From assembly GCA_000503875.1 (NCBI GenBank), contig CP006913.1, positions 1,110,001 through 1,142,000 on the forward strand: 32,000 nt of DNA, written 5' to 3'. This stretch comes from Candidatus Saccharimonadota bacterium. Lineage in GTDB: Bacteria > Patescibacteriota > Gracilibacteria > Absconditabacterales > Absconditicoccaceae. Positions 1 through 8,171 of this stretch are shown here, piece by piece. The notes below the pieces were generated by a model. That model ran no database searches. It was not told where the DNA came from and saw only the letters and a list, made by a program, of their open reading frames with translations. Every line of letters begins with the position of its first letter. Position 1 is the stretch's first letter. Position numbers and translations under genes: made by a program.

Positions 1-16
1 TTCTGAAGTAATACCT

Positions 17-3000
17 CTATAATCTTGACAATACCAAGCAGAAGGAAAGGATTCCAGTAAAGGTATATGGAATACCAATTTTCACTTCTTGAGCATCCAT
101 AGTAAGAGAGGTTCAGTAGACACATTCAGTAACTCATCACGTGATGGTGAGAGAAATATTTCCTTGAGTTCAATTTCAAGAAGTTCAATTTCAAGAAGTT
201 CAATCTGTATATAGGATAGAATCAGAAGTAGTATAAATATCTCAGTTGGCAATAAATTGTGCAGAAATAGTTTTTTCACTGTATCACTCGGATAATACCC
301 AAGATTTAGTAGTAGAAATAGGTTCCCAATCAGACCAAATAATACCGTTATTAGAAAATCTCATTCCTGTGGCAGTAGGAGCAGCTATAGTAAGATTTAC
401 AGATTGAGAAAGCGTAGAAGCTTCATCGTTATTTATGACAAAAGATCAAGTAGATCAAGCGATAGCAAAATAGGTAAAATGATTTGTGGTAAAAGAAACA
501 TAAGATTGTCCATCAATTTCAGAAACAATACCACCTTTTTCAAATATCCAATCTACACCATTTTGAGATGAGTAGATAGAGACAGGGTCTCAGATAGAAG
601 AAGTAGGAGCAGGAATACCTAGAGTAGCAGCTCAGTTGGTTAGTGTAAGAGATTCAGAAGGACTACCGACAGATATAGCTGAAAGGATTGGTTTGTTGTC
701 TACATTAGAAACTGAGTAAGTAGTAGGGGGATAAATAATTCAATTATAATTTGAACTATCAGATTTTTTGAATTGGAGATTTTGAGGCAATGAAAGCCTT
801 AATGTATTTTCAGAAATAATATGTAAATTTGTGAGTATTTTTCAGCTAGTTTCTTTAAGAGATATTTTTGAATTTCCAAAAAAAACATCGCCAAAAGTTT
901 CAACATTTTGATATTCATATCATTTGTTATTAAATTCATCTTTTATATTCAATAAATCACTCGAATTTGGGATATAAACAGGAATATTTCATATCAATGA
1001 TACTATATAATTTGCTGTTTCTTCGTTGTAGGAAGTAAAATATCATCAAACAAAAATTCCTCCATCATTTTCTATCACTATTTTATCGACCTCATTATCA
1101 AATCCATCTCAAATATCAAATGAGTTGTCTCTAGATCAATCAGCATTTAATCTGATAATATTGTTTGCAAGCTGTCCATTATAAGAAGTAAATCGTCCAC
1201 CAACCAAGATTTTTCTATCATCTTGAATTGCAGTTGTCATTATATAAGCAGATCAAATTCAATCATCGAACCCACTTCAAATACCAAATGAAGAATCTAT
1301 AGATCAATCAGTATTTAATCTAACAAGTCAGTTTGCAGGCTGTCAATTATAAGAAGAAAATTGCCCAGCAACCAAAATTTTCCCATCATTTTGGATAGTT
1401 GTTGCATATATGTAAGCGGATCAGTTTCAGTCATTAAAACCATCTCAAATATCAAATGAGTTGTCTCTAGATCAATCGATATTTAATCTAATAAATCAGT
1501 TTGCAGGCTGTCAATTATAAGAAGAAAATTGTCCACCAACAATAATTTTTCCATCATTTTGGATGGTTGTTGTATATATGTAAGCGGATCAGTTTCAGTC
1601 ATTAAAACCACTTCAAATATCAAAAGAAGCATCTCTAGTTCAATCAGCATTTAATCTAACAAGTCAGCTTACAAGATCTCCATTGTAAGAAGTAAATCAT
1701 CCTCCAACCAAGATTTTCCCATCATTTTGAATTGCTGTTGTATATGCGTAAGCAGATCAATTTCAATCATCAAACCCATCTCAAATATCAAATGAGCTGT
1801 CTTTAGTTCAATCAGTATTTAATCTAACAAGTCAGTTTGCAGGTTGTCCATTATAAGAATAAAATTGTCCACCAACCAAGATTTTTCCATCATTCTGGAC
1901 AGTCGTTGTATATACGTAAACAGATCAATTTCAATCATTAAAACCACTTCCTATATCAAAAACAGAATCTATAGACCCATTAGTGTTCAATCTAACAAGT
2001 CAGTTTGTAGGCTGTCAATTGTAAGAAGTAAATCGTCCACCAACAATAATTTTCCCATCATTTTGAATTGTTAAAGCAAAAACTCAATCATCAAATCAAG
2101 TCACGGTATTCTTTTTTAAATTTGTATTATTGGTCCCATCAGCATTTAGCTGAATAATATTGTTTATTGTTTCTCAACTGTAAGAAGAAAATTCACCACC
2201 AACAATAATTTTACCATTTTCCAGCAGATGTATATCATAAATATTTGCAGCTAAACCTCAGTCAGTAAAACCACTTCCAACATTAAAAGATGTATCAAGG
2301 GATCAGTCAGTGTTAAGTCTTCTTATTCAGTTTGCAGATTGTCCGTTGTAAGAAGAAAAAACTCATATAACGATTATTTTTCCATCATTTTGGATTAAGG
2401 TTTTACTTACTCTTGCTGGATTATATCAGTTGAGAAAACCTGCTCAAGCAATAAAAGTATTGTCTATAGATCCATCAGCATTAAGTCTAAATATATTAGA
2501 GGTATCTCCTTCCGCCAAAACAGCAAAAGGATTAAACGAAGCCATCATTGTGTTGGTTACTCATCAAACAATAATTTTACCATTACTTTGTATTGTTATG
2601 TCATTAACACTAAACAAATTATGAAATATATTTTCATATGCAAAAGTAGAGTCTATAGACCCATCGGTATTTAATCTTATTAGATTTTTTCTTTTAATTT
2701 GAGTCCAACTAAAATTCCAAGTTTGTCGGCTATAACCATTATTTATACAACTTTGTTCGGTTTCTCATTCAATAGTTCCATTTTTGTCGTAACAAAAACC
2801 TGCCGATAAACAACTTTCTTCTGTTGTATATTGTGGTTGTGGTTTTTGTCCTTGGTCTATACAATAATATTCATTAGGCGAAAACTCAAATTGTCCTCCA
2901 ATTAATATTTTTCCATCATTCTGGATTGTTATTGTACTTATATAAGTAGATCAATTTCATCCATTAAACCCACTTCATATTATAAATGAAGAATCTCTAG

Positions 3001-3595
3001 ATCAATCAGCATTTAATCTAACAAGTCACTTTGCAGGTTGTCCATTGTAAGAAGAAAATTGCCCACCAACCAAGATTTTTCCATCATTTTGAATTGATAT
3101 TTTTTTAACTGAACCATTGTATGAACTATTAAACCCACTTCCTATATCAAATGAAGCATCTTTAGATCAATTAGCATTTAATCTGATAAGATTGTTTGTA
3201 AGTTGTCCATTATAAGCCGTAAAGCTTCATCATACAATCATTTTTCCGTCATTTTGAAGCGCTATTGATTCTACTCAATATCAAGAATATTCATCCTGAA
3301 ACCCAGTTCATGTCAAAAAAGAAGCATCTCTAGATCCATCAACATTTAATCTAGTGATGTGATTTATTTCTTCTCAATTATAAAGATTAAAATTTCAAAC
3401 TATAACCATTTTCCCATCGTTTTGAACAGCGATAGATTTGACTCTATTAAAAAAACCACTTCCAATATTGAAGGAATCACCTACTTCTAACGCTCAAAAA
3501 GATTTATCTATACCAGCTTGCCAAGCATGTCAAAAACTGCCAAAAAGCAATACAAAAGACGCCATTATTCAAATGGTATAAAATAACTTTTTCAT
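17..3595 (-). CDS. Secreted giant repeat protein (1192 aa with TGA=Gly): signal peptide, ~14 tandem ~56-aa delta-60/DUF5122-type beta-propeller repeats, and a C-terminal non-repeat domain
   Basis: ATG at 3595 (MKKLFYTIGIMASFVLLFGSFGHAWQAG, signal-peptide-like). Hand translation of the minus strand with TGA=Gly runs without TAA/TAG to TAG at 17-19, and the length of 3579 nt is divisible by 3. Repeat consensus is RLNxDGSxDxSFDIGxGFNDGNGSAYxYTTxIQNDGKILVGGxFxSYNGQPANGLV. I counted ~77 in-frame TGA, which is why no minus-strand ORF of 60 aa or more appears across most of the gene in the track. Confidence 0.8.
168..204 (-). repeat. In-frame 15-bp microsatellite (about 2.5 copies of gttcaatttcaagaa) encoding (GTSGN)n in the C-terminal domain of the repeat protein
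   Basis: Direct reading gives gttcaatttcaagaa at 168-182 and 183-197, plus a partial copy at 198-204. On the coding strand this is tga act tct tga aat repeated. Confidence 0.7.
1010..3490 (-). repeat. Coding tandem repeat array with a 168-bp (56-codon) period, best conserved at 1100-2100 and interrupted by a Cys-containing insert at ~2640-2900
   Basis: Near-identical strings recur in register, for example aaatatcaaatgagttgtct at 1111 and 1447 (336 bp, or 2 x 168, apart). Many repeats share ccatcattttg and tcaatttcaatcat variants. Confidence 0.85.
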
Positions 3596-3630
3596 TTTTT
3601 TTGATGATAAAAAATAAATTTATTACATCA

Positions 3631-3659
3631 ATTGTATAGAAAAAAGTCTTTTTTGTCAA
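3631..3659 (-). promoter_or_regulatory. Putative sigma70-type promoter of the repeat-protein gene (TTGACA-N17-TACAAT on the minus strand)
   Basis: The reverse complement of 3654-3659 is TTGACA and of 3631-3636 is TACAAT, with a 17-nt spacer. It lies ~36 nt upstream of the ATG at 3595. Confidence 0.45.
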
Positions 3660-3745
3660 AAAAACAAATAGTTTTTTAATTATCTCTTTTTAAAAACTTA
3701 TTTAAAAACAATGCCAAGAAAACACTAGTCACCATCTAGTAAAAC

Positions 3746-3774
3746 ATTTGTCCTACTTTTGTCAGTTTTTTTCT
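3746..3774 (+). promoter_or_regulatory. Conserved 29-nt box ATTTGTCCTACTTTTGTCAGTTTTTTTCT (direct repeat TTTGTC-N5-TTTGTC), copy a
   Basis: 28/29 identical to 24366-24394 and 25/29 identical to 13344-13372. It lies 68 nt upstream of the radical SAM ATG. Confidence 0.5.
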
Positions 3775-3841
3775 TATATCGGGATTTTTACAATTGGGCG
3801 CGATATCTAGAGATATCATTTTTACCCTCTAAAAATCCCCC

Positions 3842-4747
3842 ATGAACGAAAGAGATCTCAGACTTATTCTCACCCAAAAATGTAATTATCGCTGCACCTT
3901 TTGTCATCATGAAGGGGTAGCTCACGACATTTTTCAGACACTTAATAATGATGATTATTTGTTTTTATATGACACGGTAAAACAACAACAAAACATCCAA
4001 GATGTAAGTTTAACCTGATGAGAACCACTTATGTACCCAAAAATAGAGAATTTATGTAAATTGTTGTATGATCGCTGAGCAAAAATTACGCTAGTAAGCA
4101 ATTGATCTTTGCTCAATATACATCATGAAGTAGGGAAGTGGGTTCACAGAATAAATCTTTCACTTCATACCTTAGATCAAGAACAATACAACGACATTAC
4201 CCAAACAAAAACCAAAATAGAACACATCATTTACAACATAGAGCTTATGAGAAAACTTTATCCAAATCTTTTGATCAGACTCAATGCAACCGTAGTAAAA
4301 TGACGTAATGATAACAAAGAAGATCTATCGGCATTGGTTGATTTAGCTGACAAACATAGTCTTTCTATAAAATTCGTAGAATTATACCCAAACACAGAGC
4401 CAGATTTTATTCCTTTGAAAACAATAGAGCCAATTTTAGAAGATCTTGGATTTGAAAAATATCAAGAAAAACCAAGGCAAACAATATATGGAAGAGGAAA
4501 ACGCATAATAATTTTGACCAAAATTTCTTGTGGCGCCACAGGCCAAGAAGAACATATTATTGCTCCAGCAGATAATGATATTTTTATAAGTCCTGACTGA
4601 CTTATTTCTCCCTATCCTTCTAGTGAAAACAAAGTTTCTTTATTCGATGCTATCAAAAAACAAAACACCCAAGAAGTAGCTCGTCTTTTGCAGCAAGCTA
4701 TAGATCAAGTCGATCCAACCAGAATTCCTCAAAAAATTTTAGATTAA
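3842..4747 (+). CDS. Radical SAM enzyme, MoaA-like fold (301 aa), apparently lacking the C-terminal auxiliary-cluster cysteines
   Basis: Contains CNYRCTFC (CxxxCxxC) at residues 14-21, LTGGEPL (both Gly are TGA, 4016-4021), SNG, INLSLHTLD and a RLNATVVKGRND..FVELYP pattern like MoaA. Stitched from frame-2 fragments 3842.., 4109.. and 4334... Only one Cys (KISCGA) occurs in the C-terminal third. Confidence 0.8.
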
Positions 4748-4757
4748 AAAAGATATT

Positions 4758-5171
4758 ATGAAAGATAAAGATTTTGATGGTTGGAATAATGAAAAAAAGA
4801 AAATTGATAAAGATTTTTCAAAAAAACATCTATGGGTAAATAAAAGAGAGATTCGACTTTATTATGTATGAGTTAATATATGAAATGAAATAAGCAAAAA
4901 TTCGCCATATATAAGACCTTGTTTAATTATAAATAATTATTTTATAGGCGATTTAATCGTTATAATACCCATAACAACAAAATATAAGCAAAAATTTGAA
5001 AAGGTTTTTTATAAATTACCAATAAAATCTAATATATCTAGTTTTTTGATGCTCAATCAAATAACTGTTATTAGTAAAAAAAGATTGGTGAGAAAAATTT
5101 ACATAGAAAATAAAAAAATATCAACAATAATTTTTGAAGAAATTATAGATAAAATGAAAAATTTATTATAA
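4758..5171 (+). CDS. PemK/MazF-like toxin-fold protein, paralog 1 (137 aa), with no adjacent antitoxin ORF
   Basis: Translation with TGA=Gly gives FDGWNNEKKKID...REIRLYYVGVNIGNEISKNSPYIRPCLIIN...IVIIPITTK...MLNQITVISKKRL. This is the G-x-E...RP-x-hydrophobic...P-x-T...Q-x-R/T-x-x-KR pattern of PemK/MazF. It starts 10 nt after the radical SAM stop. Confidence 0.75.
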
Positions 5172-5230
5172 AAAAAACGGCCTTTTGGGCCTCGGAAAAG
5201 CGCATTCATTTAAAATGAACCGCTCAAGTT
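5171..5230 (-). ncRNA. Predicted convergent sRNA 1 (~60 nt), running from the promoter at 5237-5264 to a terminator abutting the toxin stop
   Basis: On the minus strand there is a hairpin at 5199-5224 (about 10 bp including a G.U and one bulge). A GGCC/GGCC hairpin at 5179-5191 follows, then T8 (complement of 5170-5177). No T-tract follows these hairpins on the plus strand. Confidence 0.4.
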
Positions 5231-5236
5231 GATGTA

Positions 5237-5264
5237 ATTATAAATAAAAAAAATAGAAAATCAA
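5237..5264 (-). promoter_or_regulatory. Antisense sigma70-type promoter TTGATT-N16-TATAAT facing PemK-like gene 1
   Basis: The reverse complement of 5259-5264 is TTGATT and of 5237-5242 is TATAAT, with a 16-nt spacer. The rpsL promoter at 14825-14852 and my reading of the dnaX upstream region have the same architecture. Confidence 0.5.
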
Positions 5265-5292
5265 ACATTTTTTTACTTTTTTATAATCATCC

Positions 5293-5802
5293 ATGATCGA
5301 ATTTGAAAAAACATTTCTCCTCAAAACTATTCCCTTTGATTTACAAAAATATCCACATAAAGAGTTAGTTGATCATTATATTCCTATTGAGTCAGAACAC
5401 CCAAAACTCAGGCTTCGCAAACGCGGAAATCTCTACGAAATCACCAAAAAAACGTTGGTCCAGGAATGAGATAGTTCAGTCCAAAGAGAACAAACCATAG
5501 AACTTTCAAAAGTAGAATATGAGGCATTGGCAGAGCTTCCCAATAAATTAATTCACAAAATTAGGTACTATGTCCCATACGAGGAATTTATCCTGGAAAT
5601 AGATCTTTTCCAAGAAAATCTCGATGGCCTCATCCTCATGGATGTAGAATTTCCAGACCGCCAAACAATGGAATGTTTTACTATGCCAGATTTTTGTCTA
5701 GCCGACATTACGCAAAACGAACTTTTTGCATGAGGTATGCTTTGCGGCAAAACCTATGCGTCTTTAAGTGGATTAATTAAGCAGTACATGGGAGAAATAT
5801 AA
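5293..5802 (+). CDS. CYTH-domain protein (triphosphate tunnel metalloenzyme / CyaB-ThTPase family), 169 aa
   Basis: N-terminal MIEFEKTFLL matches the ExExK CYTH signature. Also present are LRLRKRGNLYEITKK and ILEIDLFQENLDGLILMDVEF. Stitched across TGA at 5467 and 5731. Confidence 0.75.
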
Positions 5803-5866
5803 AAGTAATGAATTCGAAACCTTTAAAAAAAGCAGATATAGTTTCATTTCTGTAATATAATTTTCA

Positions 5867-7390
5867 ATGTTTTTTCTCATTATATTTTCGTTGGCGATTG
5901 CAGGAATTACAATCACGGAGCTGCCTATCGTCATTATCTTGCTGCGATCGCCAGTGCTTATTTACTTTTTGTTTTCAAAAAATCGTGCAACTTTTTTTGC
6001 CATGACTTGAGCGTGTCTCCTTGCTCTTTTGAGTCGGCAAATGTATCAATGGAGATATTATTGAACAACAACATTACAATCACAAATTTTAACAAAGCCC
6101 TTTCACCTCTCAACCGGAACAATTTCCGAAACTCTATGATCAGGGAAATACCTATACACCACGAACACCAAAGACTATCTGCTTTATACCACAAAAACCT
6201 ATGTCCCTGGCAATCAAATTCGATTAATCGCACGTAATTCGGTCCAGTCGATAAATTCACCATCGCTCACCTTCATTACACGAGATTCTATTTTTTATAG
6301 CGGTTTCAACGCCCCAAAGCGATCAAAAATGAAGGGATACGCCAATATATTATACGAAACCAACTCAGTTTTTATCGACACTGGAATTATTTCATGATTT
6401 TCCAAAATTCGTCACACCTTTCAAAAAAAATTAGAAAAAACTTATACCAATAACAGGACTGCGTGACTAGTTCTATGAATGCTCATTTGAGACAAATCAA
6501 AATTTTCAAAATCAGAAGAACAATTATTTATCGATTCTGGACTTGTGCATTTGGTTGCCGTAAGTGGCGGAAATATAGTTATGCTCGTTACTTTTCTGAC
6601 AGCGATCCTCTTTTTCGTCCCGTTTTACGCCAGAATAACCCTCATCCTCCTCGCCGTCCTTTCCTACGGAATCATCTGTGGTATGGATTCAAGCGTGCTT
6701 CGTGCAGTGCTTATGGGCTCACTTTCTTTGGTCGCATTACTTGTCGGAAGAGGAACATCACTGCGAAGATTACTAGGCTTGGTGCATGTCAGCATGCTTA
6801 TCTACAATCCCTATTTTTTAGTTTACGATGTATGATATATTCTCAGTTTCTCAGCGGTATTGGGTATTGTTTTTGTAGATGTTTTTCATTCATCATCAGA
6901 TGCCAAAATCTCGAAATTTCGAAAACCATTTCTTCGAATCCGATCGAATTATCTCAAGCCCAGTTTATGAGCAACGCTGGGTATTTTTCCAGTTATCATC
7001 TTCTTTATGGGCCAAATAAATATCGGTTGAGTGATAGGAAATATGTTTGTGCTGCCTTTGGTGCCATTTATTATGATTTGATGATTTATTGGTGCTTTTC
7101 TTCCTTCTCGAGCACAAACTTATTATATACCAATTGTCGACTTGCTCGTAGAGCGAAATTACTTCATAGCAGCCAAAATCGATCAATATGGTCCAACAAT
7201 TATCGCTGAGGTATCATGGATCAAATTTTTGCTCTTTACTACATCAACTATTATGATGATACTAGTCATCAAGAAACTGGCAATCACGACAAATGAGGAC
7301 AAACCACCCAAGCCTTTAGACAAACCCACGACATCACCCTATGACGATATCATCACCCACCTTCCTGTCGAAGTAACTCAAAAACAATAA
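5867..7390 (+). CDS. comEC: ComEC/Rec2 DNA-uptake channel protein (507 aa), membrane domain only
   Basis: Contains LVLGMLIGDKSKFSKSEEQLFIDSGLVHLVAVSGGNIVML (competence domain signature) and multiple TM segments. Frame-2 fragments were stitched across about 12 TGA. No C-terminal metallo-beta-lactamase domain is visible. Confidence 0.85.
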
Positions 7391-7670
7391 AAAAATCCAA
7401 AACTTCCCCAAAATCCCCATAAATGAACTCAAAATAATATATAAGTACTTGTTTATATCTTCACATTTTATCACAAAGAGCCTGACTTCCAACAGAAACA
7501 TTCTTAGAATTTTTCAATAGCCCTATTTTTCTCAAAAAATTTGCTATCACGAACAAACTCCAAGCTTTAGATAAGACATTACTCAAAACACTCTCCAAAT
7601 TCCAAGATATAGAAATATTGATGTCGATCTATATGAAAACAAAGATTTTTTAAATATCTTATTAGTTTAT

Positions 7671-8084
7671 ATGGAAAACACCTTTTCTTTATTTGATAGT
7701 TGGAACCAAGAAAAAAAGCATATTCACCAATATTGATCAACCTGAAGAATAAAAGATTTTTATATTAATCATAGAGAGGTTTGGTATGTTAAATTAGGTA
7801 TTAATGTTTGATATGAGCAAAATTGAAAAACTGAGTTTAAAAGAGCGGTTTTGATTATAAAAAAAATAGGTAACATTTTTCTTGTAATCCCAATGACAAC
7901 AAAAGAAAAAAACAATATTTATCACTATAAACTAATATCTTTTAAATGAAAGGTTTCTTGGTTAATACTTTCTCAGTTAAGAACTGTAGATAAGAAAAGA
8001 TTTATAGAAAAAATCTGAGAAATTAGTACAGAAGAACTTAAAATAATTAAAAAAAATCTGAGCAAATACTATTTCTCAGATTAA
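7671..8084 (+). CDS. PemK/MazF-like toxin-fold protein, paralog 2 (137 aa), solitary
   Basis: Contains FDSWNQEKKHI...REVWYVKLGINVGYEQNGKTEFKRAVLIIKKIGNIFLVIPMTTK...LSQLRTVDKKRFIEKIGEIS. It has 7 in-frame TGA and the same length as paralog 1. Confidence 0.8.
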
Positions 8085-8137
8085 CGGTTGTAGCTCAGCA
8101 GTAATGCTGAGGGGATCCCAATAAAGGGACATTTACG
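8049..8137 (-). ncRNA. Predicted cis-antisense sRNA 2 (~89 nt) overlapping the last ~36 nt of PemK-like gene 2
   Basis: Minus-strand hairpins lie at 8115-8130 (5 bp, one pair valid only as G.U on minus) and 8094-8111 (7 bp, 4-nt loop). A terminator follows at 8056-8081 (ATCTGAG/CTCAGAT, 7 bp) plus a T-run (complement of 8049-8055) inside the toxin CDS. No T-tract follows on the plus strand. Confidence 0.55.
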
Positions 8138-8143
8138 TTGTGT

Positions 8144-8171
8144 ATTATAATAATTTTTTTTAAAATTACAA
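8144..8171 (-). promoter_or_regulatory. Antisense sigma70-type promoter TTGTAA-N16-TATAAT facing PemK-like gene 2
   Basis: The reverse complement of 8166-8171 is TTGTAA and of 8144-8149 is TATAAT, with a 16-nt spacer. It lies 60 nt beyond the toxin stop. Confidence 0.55.

Noticed and set aside
1844-2624. Plus-strand track ORFs 1844-2074 and 2430-2624 inside the repeat region
   Set aside because: They are antisense to the table-25 frame of the 1192-aa repeat protein. Their products are low-complexity (SIIRIKLSTNQDF...) and simply mirror the 168-bp coding repeat.
1010-3490. Regular repeats that could be taken for a CRISPR array or non-coding satellite
   Set aside because: The period is 168 bp with no short invariant repeat/unique spacer alternation. 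The units translate in one continuous frame into a beta-propeller repeat consensus.
6463-7209. 248-aa track ORF in an alternative frame across comEC, and the antisense ORF 6965-7186
   Set aside because: They overlap the ComEC frame that carries the diagnostic competence-domain motif. The products are Cys/Arg/Phe-rich with no recognisable family.
8089-8111. tRNA-like string GTAGCTCAGCAGTAATGCTGAGG downstream of PemK-like gene 2
   Set aside because: It resembles a tRNA D-arm only superficially. It folds as a simple 7-bp hairpin with no acceptor, anticodon or T arms nearby.
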